From positions 5,381 to 69,380 of the IMG/VR virus record IMGVR_UViG_3300025913_000032: 64,000 bases of DNA, one strand, 5' to 3'. The translations under genes and the position numbers were made by a program. The stretch comes from a virus. A model generated the notes under the pieces. The model saw nothing but the letters and a program-made list of their open reading frames with translations. It did no database searches and was not told where the DNA came from. Below, piece by piece: positions 47,458 to 57,667 of the stretch. Within the stretch, counting starts at the first letter, position 1, and each line of letters opens with the position of its first letter.

Positions 47458-48756
47458 TTAAACGAGGTTGAAACCTTCGTACCACGAGCCGTTAGAGCGA
47501 ACATAACGAAATCCCAGTCGCTCCATCTGTGGTCTAAGTGTAACTGAATTGAGGATGTTACGGATGCCATGCTGGTCGCACCATTGCTTGTAAGCAGTGA
47601 ATACTTCGATGGATTTTTCTCGATGGTCGGTCATTTTGACTACTGAGTCCTCAACGAACAGAAGGACATGATCGCTGTCGCGTTGAAAGTCGGAAGTGGC
47701 AGCACGAACAGAGGGTGGAATGTCGAACTTACCGCGCTCTCGTAGCCGCCTCAACCCAGCGACAAACACATTGACCAACGCTTGCCCGTCGGCAGCGATA
47801 GCGGGTTTTAGGGTGAGATCCTCGCTCTCCACTGGTTCCATGCGGACGACACACGCACGACGAAAGATACCGTTGTTTGCCTCGTTGACTATCGGCAGGT
47901 TATTCATGGCCCAAACGAGCTTGCAACGCGGGATTAGGTCATACGCTGGCTGACCCTTTTCCTCGACTTTGATTGGCTCGCCGCTGATGATGGTATTTAC
48001 GATGTCGGTATAGCGTCCATAGCGGATCGGCGGGGCTTCGGCGGAGATGGCGAGGGTTTTACCAGCGAGGCTGACTAGCCCAAAGCGTCCGGCTACGTCC
48101 TTAGCTGAGAGCGTTGTCCATCGCTGTGTGCCAAGCGCCGCACGTAGTGCTTCGATAAACGTACCCTTGCCGCATCCAGGCATACCAACTAGCCACAGGG
48201 TTAGTTCGTGCTTCATTTCAGTAGTCAGGCACAGCCCGCCGAACTCCTCAAGGAACGCCAACACGTCCGGCTGAATGTGCTGACCCCATTGTGTCCAGGC
48301 GTCTGACACCTTCTCCGGCGTGTAGTCGAATGGCAACTTGCTGGTTGCACGATACTCGGCTGAGTGCGGCTTGGGTTCAAACGTGTTCAGATCCAGCACG
48401 CAATTGCGAAACAACAGCACGTCATGACGGGAGTCAAACTTAGCATCAAGCTCTGACCGCGCATCTCGAATCAGGTCTACTACACTGCTGACAGCGTGGG
48501 ACGTAACTTCAAACCCGGTAACTTTCTCGCCTATCTCCGCCACTTCCCGCCGCACTTTATACTGTGGCACTTCACTGAAGATCCCGCCTGAATACTCTAG
48601 AAACCGTCCCCGCCCGAACAGTGTATTGCGATGCTTTCTGATGTAGTTGTTACGTGCCCAGAGGTGCGGTGAGAAAGACTTGGCTTGCGAGGTCTCCTCA
48701 GTGGCAGGCGGCGAATCACCAGCCTTACCCTTGCCGGATTTAGGGGATTTTGCCAT
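47458..48756 (-). CDS. P4/D5-family SF3 helicase with C-terminal winged helix, no obvious primase domain
   Basis: LLFRNCVLDL, GMPGCGKGT Walker A, ISGEPIKVEEKG, MNNLP, GIFRR, FTAYKQWC. Confidence 0.88.
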   Translation of the reverse strand: MAKSPKSGKGKAGDSPPATEETSQAKSFSPHLWARNNYIRKHRNTLFGRGRFLEYSGGIFSEVPQYKVRREVAEIGEKVTGFEVTSHAVSSVVDLIRDARSELDAKFDSRHDVLLFRNCVLDLNTFEPKPHSAEYRATSKLPFDYTPEKVSDAWTQWGQHIQPDVLAFLEEFGGLCLTTEMKHELTLWLVGMPGCGKGTFIEALRAALGTQRWTTLSAKDVAGRFGLVSLAGKTLAISAEAPPIRYGRYTDIVNTIISGEPIKVEEKGQPAYDLIPRCKLVWAMNNLPIVNEANNGIFRRACVVRMEPVESEDLTLKPAIAADGQALVNVFVAGLRRLRERGKFDIPPSVRAATSDFQRDSDHVLLFVEDSVVKMTDHREKSIEVFTAYKQWCDQHGIRNILNSVTLRPQMERLGFRYVRSNGSWYEGFNLV

Positions 48757-48768
48757 GTGTGGCGCGTG

Positions 48769-48969
48769 CTATTTACTGCCGTTGGTCTTAGTCTTTTGCT
48801 GCTGATCGCGCTGCTTCTTTTCCGCCTCAAGGACTGCCAGCGGGATGCCCATCTTACCCAGCAGGCGCACAGGCTGAAGCTCGCCCTTCCAGATGCGAAG
48901 GTAAAGCGTCTGACGATGAAGGCCCAGATAATCCGCTGCCTGTGCGATGGTTAGAAGCTCGGTTGACAT
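48769..48969 (-). CDS. Excisionase/AlpA-like HTH protein
   Basis: LLTIAQAADYLGLHRQTLYLRIWKGEL. Confidence 0.82.
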   Translation of the reverse strand: MSTELLTIAQAADYLGLHRQTLYLRIWKGELQPVRLLGKMGIPLAVLEAEKKQRDQQQKTKTNGSK

Positions 48970-48978
48970 CGGTTCCGC

Positions 48979-49047
48979 ACTGTAGCAATTTAATTCTGTA
49001 AAATCAAGCAGAAAGTGCTTGACAGTTGTAAAGTGCGATGCTAGACT
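48979..49047. promoter_or_regulatory. Divergent sigma70 promoters
   Basis: Plus: TTGACA-17-TAGACT; minus: TTGATT-17-TACAGT. Confidence 0.75.
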
Positions 49048-49077
49048 GCACTCACCTTGAGAACGGAGGACGGGACG

Positions 49078-51189
49078 ATGAGTAATAACAAACTTGAGCG
49101 CAAGTGGATAATTGGTATTGAGACGCGGTTTGGGCCAACCGAAGAGCTGGTCAGGTTAATACCTCGCATCTTTCCTGACGATGACGATTGGTACTTTGTA
49201 CGGTCGCTTAATGGAGCAGTGCCCGCAACCCGAGTGTTCGACACGGCAGAAGATGCCGCTATCGGTGCAATTAGAGCTAACGAAGTAAGGATTGGCTGGA
49301 TTGAGAAAGAGAATGCACGGCTGCGTCAGTGGCTACAAAATCTGAGGGCGACGCAGGAAGAAGCGGTACAAGCGACGGGCTAACCCGCACCCCTGCCCTT
49401 GAGACGGAGGATGGAGAGGATGGACGACACTGAAACGATGGACTGCCCACGCTGCAGCAAGCAATGTTGGCGCGACAGCGTTCACAACGGACTGGCAATG
49501 CTGTATGGGCCGTGGGGCTGTGAGTGCGGGTGGTCGGAGTACGAGGAGTACGACCAGTCGAAGGTACAGCAACCCGCTGACGGACACATAGACCAGTGGG
49601 GCGGGTTTACGCGACGGCCAGCACGCACCTAACGTTTGAGATGGAGGATGGGTAATGAACCACGAAGTCCTAGCGCTGCGAATGGCTTCAACTGGATTTG
49701 CGATGGCCCTTGCCGAGTTAAGAAAATATGACGGCAAGGCAGTAGTGCGTATTTTGCGTGTCGTCAACTCCAAAAAGCACTCTGGCTCCTGTACACCAAA
49801 GAGTAAACGATGAAGAGGATTAAGCTCCGCTATCGCTGTGACTGGTACGCTCGTAACGGCTGTATTAGGCAGGTATGGTTTCAGACGCTAAAAGAGGCGC
49901 AGGCCGAAGCCACAAAACACAAAGAAGCAACAGTTTGGAAAGAGACGCCGGGACGGGCGCGGCCCCAACCCCCGGCAGCAAAGGAGTGATGGATGATGAG
50001 CACAACTATTAACTTTCGAGAAGTGGCAATCCACGGCAGCAAGTCGGTCAAGTGTACTGGAGGCTGTGGGCGCACGTTAAAACGGCAGCGAAAGTTCTGG
50101 CAGACGCTGAATCCGTTTAATAAGAACGCAGCGGGTGAGGTTAAGCAACCTACGGAAATCCAAGCTGAACTACAGGCTGAGCTAGCTGCGTGGCAGGAAG
50201 AACCAGAGACGTGCAAGCACTGTGGTTGAACACAACGAAGGAACATAGCGATGACCACTCTCGCTGAACATCAGACCGCGAACCCTGCAACAGGCGAATG
50301 CTCCCTCCCCGACTGCTGTTGCCACACCTTCAGCCGACAGGACGCGCCGCTGGTCCAGGTGCCGCTTGAGCATGCCGGGTTGAAACCGTTAAAGGAAGCG
50401 CTGGTCGGCCCATTCGACGACGAGTGGCGACGTGCTCCAGAAGGTATCAGAGGCGAGTATGAGAACGATTACTATTGGTATCTGGTCGGGGTGCGGCACG
50501 GGCGGCAGGAGGCACTGGATGTGCAGGTGGAGGATTTGCGGGAAATTCAACGGCTGGTTGGTGGGAGGATGGAGTGATGGGAGATACTGAGTACGACGAA
50601 GAAGGCTCACTAACATCAGACTACAAAGCAATCGCCGATAGTGTCCTCATGGTTGAGATGGAGATTGCCGCTGCTCGTGGTGGCGATTACGACGACATAT
50701 TAAACGTTTGCCAGTCAATACTGCGGCTAATCGAGAAATTGAATGGAAGGCTAGGCCAATGACCACCACCCCCAACACCGACGCCATCCTGGAACGCCTG
50801 CGCGAACGTCAGGAGGACCGTGACTATTGCGCTGAGTGTCAGGCGTCGATTACCGAGACAGACATCGATAATGGTGCTTGTACACAGTGTGGCCATGCGC
50901 TGGGAGTGGATGAGGAAGACTTATACGAGGATTCGTTCAGCGACGACAACGCGCTGGTTGCTGATGATTACGAGGACGATGATTGCTAATGGCGAACAAT
51001 AGAAAGTATCTCGTCGTGGTTATCGAACACGAATACGGTAACGATGTCTACTGCTGGGGTATGGAGAGTGGTACTGAAATGGTGCGGTCATGTCTCACTG
51101 TTCATCCTGGAGAACCAATCTCCGTTAGGGTTATCAAGATGACCGAGAAGCAGTATGAGGCGCTGGATGACTACGAAGGAGACTGCTGA
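49078..51189 (+). other. Cluster of small hypothetical early genes, several with CxxC motifs
   Basis: Coupled ORFs at about 49078-49383, 49420-49632, 49993-50229, 50251-50577, 50759-50989, 50989-51189. Confidence 0.55.
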
Positions 51190-52016
51190 TGACCACTACT
51201 GAACGTGAGGCGCAGGGGATGAGTGAACAACAGCAAGCCACCGACTTTAATCGCCGTAGCGATGTGCTGGTACTTCCTTCGTCTGATGAGTCCGCGCTCG
51301 CCTCTTACTGCTACATCTGCGGCGCTTCGTCGGGAGAGCCGTGCAAGGTCAGAAAGACCGGGAGGCTGTTATCGAAGCCCCATGAAAGTCGCCGTCCGCG
51401 CAAGGTTGTAAATCGGTACGTATCTTCTGGTAGTAACCGTCTAACACCAGAGGCGATCGCCTTGGAGTGGACGGTTCATAGCCACAATGCGCGTGAGGTG
51501 CTTCGATACGATCCGCTAGAAACTCAAGTGATTGACGAGAGTGGCGCGTACGTGACTTTTGTCGGTAGCGTGCAGGCCGTGGAAGGCGCTCACGCAACAC
51601 TGCGCCCCGGCGAGACTTACTTTGCTAATTGGGCTCCCGACACGAAGGAGGGATGGACGCGATACGGACAGTTTCTGGTGATTATTCAGACTGAAAGAGG
51701 CCCGGCATGGTTGTTTCCTGATGAATACGTGGTCCTTGCGCCTGATCATCTTTGGTACTTGGTGCAGGATGGAACCTTACGTTTTACGCCGAATCAGGGC
51801 ATCGGTCGAATGGAATTTGGCGATCGCGTGCATTACGTTCGCAGTCGCGGGATACGTCTTGAGGATGCTGTTCTCATGTGCTTGGGCGACATTAAAACTG
51901 ACATTGGCTACTTCACGCCCGTATCACAGTTCGATGATATGTGGTGGAGGTTCCAATCTGCCGGACTAACGCCGATGCAGAAGGAGCAGATACTACGATC
52001 TACGTTGAAGGGATAG
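51189..52016 (+). CDS. Hypothetical protein with Zn finger and SufBD-like C-terminal motif
   Basis: CYICGASSGEPC..PHESR; HYVRSRGIRLEDAVLM. Confidence 0.55.
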   Translation: MTTTEREAQGMSEQQQATDFNRRSDVLVLPSSDESALASYCYICGASSGEPCKVRKTGRLLSKPHESRRPRKVVNRYVSSGSNRLTPEAIALEWTVHSHNAREVLRYDPLETQVIDESGAYVTFVGSVQAVEGAHATLRPGETYFANWAPDTKEGWTRYGQFLVIIQTERGPAWLFPDEYVVLAPDHLWYLVQDGTLRFTPNQGIGRMEFGDRVHYVRSRGIRLEDAVLMCLGDIKTDIGYFTPVSQFDDMWWRFQSAGLTPMQKEQILRSTLKG

Positions 52017-52019
52017 ACC

Positions 52020-52433
52020 ATGACCACCACTCAACCAGCACCAGCGACAGTAGAGACGGGGGAACGACATTGGACCGATGGCCTATGGGGTAGGCAGATA
52101 AGGGAGCAGGCGATGAAAAGGAATAGCCCGAAGACAACTCCGTTACCGTGGCGATGGTTGCCCAACGAGGGCCAGTTCATCGTTGGACCGGATTATCAGA
52201 TCGTCGCAGAGGTGCCTTGCCAAGGCGCTAATCCCGCAGACGGCAAGCTGATTGTCGAAGCTGTCAACTCTCACGCCGACCTGTTAAGAGAACGAGAGGC
52301 GCTGCGGGAGGCGCTTGCGCGGGCTTCGGCGGCGATGGCGCTGAGTCTAACCACTCCCGGCATGATCAGAGGCAGGGAGTCCCTTGAACGTGCAGTTGAA
52401 CACGCTCGTGCAGCACTCGGAGATGAGCAATGA
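52020..52433 (+). CDS. Hypothetical phage protein (TPLPW family)
   Basis: TPLPW...ADGKLIVEAVNSH. Confidence 0.55.
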   Translation: MTTTQPAPATVETGERHWTDGLWGRQIREQAMKRNSPKTTPLPWRWLPNEGQFIVGPDYQIVAEVPCQGANPADGKLIVEAVNSHADLLREREALREALARASAAMALSLTTPGMIRGRESLERAVEHARAALGDEQ

Positions 52434-52458
52434 GCAGCACAAGAGAAGTGGAGCAGCC

Positions 52459-52596
52459 TTGATTCAGTGCCAGCTAAAACTAAAGCTCACAAAACGACAG
52501 GAACGGACGTTAAGCAGTTGGTTGTTCCACCTGACCGCGGTCTGGAATTGGGCAACGCTTCGATCCTTTAGGCGGCAGTACATTTTCCAGTGGTGA
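52459..52596 (+). mobile_element. TnpB (IS200/IS605 OrfB) N-terminal remnant
   Basis: GGAG RBS then (M)IQCQLKLKLTKRQERTLSSWLFHLTAVWNWA, typical of a TnpB N-terminus; truncated. Confidence 0.6.
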
Positions 52597-52599
52597 GCA

Positions 52600-53139
52600 G
52601 GCTATAAGGATGCTATCCAACGAAGAGGCGCGCAGTTGTGGGTTAACCCGATTCTAAACTGGAGCAAGTTTGACGTTCATGCCTACAAAGCCCGTTACGA
52701 TCTTCCTGATAACTGGGTTGTCGAAGTGCTACACATGAGCGGGGAGTGTCTTTGTGGGGCGTATGCTCGCCGAAAGACTAAATCAGACGCAGGTGAGTTA
52801 GCGGAGATCCGAATGTGGTTTCCCGAAACGGCGGCTTATATTGATGCGCTCACTGTTAAGGTAAAAGCGGCAGGTCACAACTGGAACTGGGACGAATATC
52901 CGCCGAGTAAGCCGAAGACGCACTTAGCACACAATGGCATCTTAGATAGATCGGACTGGTCGGAGAGCACTACTAGCAACGATGGTCTACTGGCCCGGCA
53001 CACCGCCACTGAAGGAAGGGACGGACTAACTCAGCCAGGGGAACCAACCGAAGGGAGAGGGGATGTAATACATAATCAAGTACAAAGGGATTCTGACGGA
53101 GATGTACGTGACAGGGTTCTCGGAGCCGATGCTGGTTGA
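52600..53139 (+). pseudogene. C-terminal part of a PAPS-reductase-family protein
   Basis: QLWVNPILNWSKFDV..Y....LP...SGECLCGAYA; no N-terminal PP-loop in frame. Confidence 0.65.
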
Positions 53140-53816
53140 TGGTGACAACCTTGAGCGCTCCGTAAAAGCATCGACGCGCTTGCTCTAACCCGTCGTTGCC
53201 ATCCAGACGCGGCAGCGACGACCGCGCGGTGAAAGGGCGCACGATGAACGATAGAGTCGCACGGCTACTATTTCTGATTTGGCCCATGCGGCTTGTTCGT
53301 TTCCTTGCTTGGGTACGGCGGGAGTTTTCGTGGTTAGAGTTGGAGTGAAAGGAACGAGTGAGTGATGGCTAAATGTGACAGCTTGTTATGGTGGTCGGCG
53401 TTCTTTTACGGGATGGGATTTGGTGTTCTAACGTTGGCAGCCATCGCGTGGGTTCTCGTCAAGGTTAGCGGGAAAGGCAACGACAAATGAATGAACAACA
53501 ACCCTCTACCCTGAAAGACATCGCGCTTCTGATCGCATTGCTGGCAGGACTGATTCTATTACTTCCCCCAGTGGGGCGGCTGATGAACCTGTATGCGGAC
53601 TGGTGGTGGAGATTATGAGTGAACCGGAGACGCGGGTGGAGGAGCGACGAGTTGATTATTCGTGTCGGGTTTGCGGCGTTCAATGTGACATTGCGCCCGA
53701 CCCGCCGGATCGTGCCGTGTGTCCTAGCTGCTGCGAGGATCACGACTATCGGTACGAGAGAGAACTTCGCGGAACCTACTGTAACTACTGTGGCCAACAG
53801 GCACCGGAGGACTGGT

Positions 53817-54509
53817 ATGACGACTGAGCTACATAACGACACTATCGAATGGGCCGCACGGTGGATTGAGGATTCACTTAAAGGTGAGACCAGCGAACGC
53901 GTGGTTGAGTTTGGTAAGAACATGGCGATGACGTTTCGTGCTGCCCTGCTCCAGCAACCAACCGCAAGCGAACGCTGCGTGGAGTGCGGGCACTTAGACC
54001 TATCTGGCGGTGTCGGTGACGGTCGCTGTCGCGCGCTGGTTTGGAACAAAGACGGAAGCAGGACACGATGCTCATGCGCGTGCGTGCTTGCGACCACTGG
54101 GCCAACGGACGTTAAACTAAACTACGCCAATGCCATCAAACTACTGCGAGAACTACGGGAGACAACCGACCCTGATGAAATTGCCCGTCAAAAGAAATCA
54201 TGGGCTGCATTGGAAGCCGACCTACGAGGCGCAACCGCCAGCCGAGACGCTGGCGCGGGGCGACAGTGCCATATCTGCGGTGGTGTCAACGGAGAGCACG
54301 TCTACGAGATGCACCGCCCCGGCTTTACGACAAGCAGAGACGCGCAGCCGAGCACCGTCACTCCCGGAGGTGGAGCAGAGGACGGAGAAGGTCATGTCTG
54401 TCCGTTTTGTAATGAGGAGGGCTTTGATCTGATTGGCCTAAAGTCGCACTTACAACACGGTGATTGCGAAAAGTTTGAAAACCTAGAAAGACTATGGCGA
54501 CCTTGGTAA
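53817..54509 (+). CDS. Hypothetical protein with several Cys/His clusters
   Basis: GGAGG RBS; CVECGH, CHICGG, CPFC..LKSHL. Confidence 0.5.
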   Translation: MTTELHNDTIEWAARWIEDSLKGETSERVVEFGKNMAMTFRAALLQQPTASERCVECGHLDLSGGVGDGRCRALVWNKDGSRTRCSCACVLATTGPTDVKLNYANAIKLLRELRETTDPDEIARQKKSWAALEADLRGATASRDAGAGRQCHICGGVNGEHVYEMHRPGFTTSRDAQPSTVTPGGGAEDGEGHVCPFCNEEGFDLIGLKSHLQHGDCEKFENLERLWRPW

Positions 54510-54541
54510 GCACCGCAAGAAAGGTGCGATAAAGATTTCCG

Positions 54542-55036
54542 ATGTCTAGCTTATCTACGCGCAGGCAGTTATTCAACAAAGATCCGTACTGCTTCTGGTG
54601 CGGATGTCTCACTACGCTTGGGGTGGACAATCCCCGACTGAACACACTGGCAACCGTTGACCACCTGTATTCACGACAGCACCCGTTAAGAAGCCGAAGA
54701 AAGCACCTAAAAGTATTAGCCTGTTTTGGCTGTAATCAACGTCGGAACAACTGCGAGTCCAAGGGCATTTATTTCATGCCCAAACTACTTCATCGACTCG
54801 ACGTGGCCAGAGATTCGTGTGCGACGTTAGCGCGAGCTATCGTAATGGACCGAGAAGACACACGGAACGAGGAAACCAAAAAGTCTAGCGTAGCAACTTT
54901 GCGCGCAGTGTCTCCTGCGGAGATCGTCATACTGAAAGAAGAATACGAGCGTGAAGTCAAGCGTAAGCAGCCCATGCGTGTGATTCAGACGTTTGAAGCA
55001 GCCGTCGAGTTCGCAAAGGAGAATCCGGCACGATGA
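54542..55036 (+). CDS. HNH endonuclease
   Basis: CFWCG..ATVDHLYSR..VLACFGCN. Confidence 0.8.
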   Translation: MSSLSTRRQLFNKDPYCFWCGCLTTLGVDNPRLNTLATVDHLYSRQHPLRSRRKHLKVLACFGCNQRRNNCESKGIYFMPKLLHRLDVARDSCATLARAIVMDREDTRNEETKKSSVATLRAVSPAEIVILKEEYEREVKRKQPMRVIQTFEAAVEFAKENPAR

Positions 55037-55305
55037 TTGACAACGACGTGGCCCAACCAGCAGGAGCGGGGGTGGAGTTGAAGGTGTGTCCGTTTTGTGG
55101 CGGTGAAGCCGCGTGGGGCGAAGGCGAGCAGAAAACGAAGTACGGTAATGAGCAGGTTTACTGCTCCAACTGTTACGCAATGACCGCACCGGAAGCAACT
55201 AAGAAGAATGCTGCTCTTCGTTGGAACATACGCGGAGAAGCGCCGGAACTAAACTACGTCAGAGCTATCGAAGGCGACATTAATACCCTAAAGGAGCAGT
55301 TATGA
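55033..55305 (+). CDS. Lar-family (restriction alleviation-like) protein
   Basis: LKVCPFCGGEA..VYCSNC..WN.R. Confidence 0.7.
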   Translation: MIDNDVAQPAGAGVELKVCPFCGGEAAWGEGEQKTKYGNEQVYCSNCYAMTAPEATKKNAALRWNIRGEAPELNYVRAIEGDINTLKEQL

Positions 55306-55613
55306 CTGAGGCTGAACCGATCCCGTGTCCTTTCTGTGGTCACAGTGATAACGTAAGCGTCTTTGGGCTTCAGGATGATCAATGGTGGGTTGAATGCAGC
55401 GGCTACGATAGTGGGCTTTGTTGTAAGACTTTCAGATGGCGCACCAAAGACGAGGCCGTTCAGCACTGGAACACCCGCACTCCAGCCGATGTGCAGGAGC
55501 GAGCACGGCGGGCAGCTCAACAGATTGTTGACCTTTGGTACGAGAGCGACGGGAAGGTAATTCAATCGATGGCCGACATCATCGCGGCGGAGTTTGGTGG
55601 TGGTGGCGGGTAA
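55302..55613 (+). CDS. Lar-family protein, second copy
   Basis: PCPFCG..WVEC..EAVQHWNTR. Confidence 0.7.
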   Translation: MTEAEPIPCPFCGHSDNVSVFGLQDDQWWVECSGYDSGLCCKTFRWRTKDEAVQHWNTRTPADVQERARRAAQQIVDLWYESDGKVIQSMADIIAAEFGGGGG

Positions 55614-55657
55614 AGTTCTTCACCGTAACCTTGCGTTATGTGATAAACTTTAGGTAG

Positions 55658-56134
55658 ATGCTGAGAAGGTGTTCACGATGCAAACAAGAGAAGCCCGTAA
55701 GGGATTTTCACAGAAACCAGCACTATTGCAAGCTCTGCCAGAACGCGCATAACAAAGAATACAAGGCCACGCTGAGTGCCGAGAAAAAGCTCTGGTATCG
55801 CCGTACGGAAGACAGAATCGGACAACAAGATAGACGGAAAAATCGCGCTCAGTTACTAAGGCGAGAGATGATGGCTGCGTACGGTGGACGTTGTAGTTGC
55901 TGCGGTGAATCTGAGTTTATGTTTCTGACTTTAGAACACTTGAATGGCGGTGGAAACGCTCATCGAAAACGATACCACAAAGCGAATAGAACTTGGCTGG
56001 ATCTAAAACAGCAAGGATGGCCCAAGGAGGGTTACACGCTTCTGTGCTGGAACTGCCAGATGGCAAAAACTCATTATGGAAAATGTATTCACCAACAACG
56101 AGACACTGGACGGCACCGACGAAATCGACCTTAG
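55658..56134 (+). CDS. HNH-type endonuclease overlapping the helicase start
   Basis: CSRCK..F..YCKLC; YGGRCSCCGE..FLTLEH..LLCWNCQ. Confidence 0.8.
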   Translation: MLRRCSRCKQEKPVRDFHRNQHYCKLCQNAHNKEYKATLSAEKKLWYRRTEDRIGQQDRRKNRAQLLRREMMAAYGGRCSCCGESEFMFLTLEHLNGGGNAHRKRYHKANRTWLDLKQQGWPKEGYTLLCWNCQMAKTHYGKCIHQQRDTGRHRRNRP

Positions 56135-57407
56135 TTTCGACAATGAAAGCCGACCGCCACGTTGTGCTTTTCTGACTGGGGCGGCAGGTTGCGGCAAGAC
56201 CTACCAAGTCCGCGAACGAATCCGCAACGATCCGTCTGAGGGCGTGCTATGCGCCACAACCGGCATCGCCGGTGTCAATCTCGGCACCGTGACAATTAAC
56301 TCCCTTCTCCGCTACTTCGACACCGAGTCGCTGATCAACGCCTTCGTCAGTGGACGACTGGTCACTCGACTGGCGAAGCTCGCTACCTCTGCACGCAACC
56401 TCTATGTAGACGAAGTGTCGATGATGCCCGCTGAACAACTCGACACTCTTTACCAAGCGGTCCAAGAGGCGAATCAGCGCAAGTCGGTAACGAAGTCGAA
56501 GAATCCTGACGGGATCGGATTAGTGTTAGTAGGTGACCTATGCCAACTACCACCCATCAAGGCCCGATGGATCTTTGAGGCTGAGTGCTGGTCGGAGTTC
56601 GACACCGGGACCGAACGACTGGAGAAGAACTGGCGTCAAGGCGACGGCGACTTCCTGGCAGCAATTAACCACCTGCGGGCTGGGCGCGGAGTAGAAGGCG
56701 CTGAACTGCTACGTACCACCTCCACCGAGTTCTCATCTGCTCTCGACCTGCACTTTCCCGGCACCACCATCATGGCGAAGAACGACGAAGTGGACCGCTT
56801 CAACTGGCAGGCGCTGCAACGTGTACGCGGGGAGAAGTTCGCTGTTAACTCCCGCCGCTGGCACGTGGCACGACCACCGGGCGAGTGGCAACATATCCCA
56901 CCGAAGATCGAGTTAAAGATCGGTGCCTACGTGATGGTACTGGCGAACGACACAAAGGAGTTTACTTACGCGAATGGCGATTGCGGGTTGATCGTTGGCA
57001 GGGATTCAAGGGCGATTCAAGTTCGACTGGCAAGAAACGATGCCGTGGTCGATGTCGGGCTGGTCACACGAAAGGTTCACACGGTAGACCCTGACGAGTG
57101 CGGGTCAATCGCCGCTCAACCCACCTGGGGCCAGCCGCACTTCGACGAACAGGCAGAAAAGTACGTAATAGGGGCGGTCGAATACCTGCCCCTTCGACTG
57201 GCGTGGGCCTCCACTGTTCACAAGAGCCAGGGGTTGACGCTGGATCGAGTACAGCTGGACCTACGTAACTTCTTCTTCTCCCAGCCAGCGATGTGCTACG
57301 TCGCGGTAAGTAGATGTCGCACGCCAGAGGGTCTACGAATCGTCGGCGACGAACGTCTGCTGGCGAACCGCTGTAAGATTGACCCACGGGTAGAGAGGTG
57401 GATTTAA
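56076..57407 (+). CDS. PIF1/RecD-like SF1B DNA helicase
   Basis: TGAAGCGKT, VDEVSM, VGDLCQLPP, PLRLAWASTVHKSQGLT, YVAVSR. Confidence 0.92.
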   Translation: MENVFTNNETLDGTDEIDLSFDNESRPPRCAFLTGAAGCGKTYQVRERIRNDPSEGVLCATTGIAGVNLGTVTINSLLRYFDTESLINAFVSGRLVTRLAKLATSARNLYVDEVSMMPAEQLDTLYQAVQEANQRKSVTKSKNPDGIGLVLVGDLCQLPPIKARWIFEAECWSEFDTGTERLEKNWRQGDGDFLAAINHLRAGRGVEGAELLRTTSTEFSSALDLHFPGTTIMAKNDEVDRFNWQALQRVRGEKFAVNSRRWHVARPPGEWQHIPPKIELKIGAYVMVLANDTKEFTYANGDCGLIVGRDSRAIQVRLARNDAVVDVGLVTRKVHTVDPDECGSIAAQPTWGQPHFDEQAEKYVIGAVEYLPLRLAWASTVHKSQGLTLDRVQLDLRNFFFSQPAMCYVAVSRCRTPEGLRIVGDERLLANRCKIDPRVERWI

Positions 57408-57434
57408 TGCAACCGCCATCGGTCAACTTGACGC

Positions 57435-57467
57435 TTGCAATTATTCTCAACCTAGCATAAATTGCAA
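57435..57467 (+). promoter_or_regulatory. Promoter flanked by an inverted repeat
   Basis: TTGCAA-17-TAAATT; TTGCAATT...AATTGCAA. Confidence 0.55.
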
Positions 57468-57472
57468 AGCCC

Positions 57473-57667
57473 ATGACGACAGTAACTATAAAGGGAGCAG
57501 CCAAGCGGTTAGGTATTAGCCACTGGCGCGTGCGGCAGGTTTATAAAGCGATGTTGATTTCACCGGTTGGCTACTACCGGAACAGTCCGCTATTCAGTCT
57601 GGCGCAAGTTAGGCAGATGGAAAAGCGAAATACTAAGCCGGGACCACGAGGCAACAATGGCCGCTAG
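57473..57667 (+). CDS. MerR-like HTH DNA-binding protein
   Basis: TIKGAAKRLGISHWRVRQ. Confidence 0.7.
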   Translation: MTTVTIKGAAKRLGISHWRVRQVYKAMLISPVGYYRNSPLFSLAQVRQMEKRNTKPGPRGNNGR

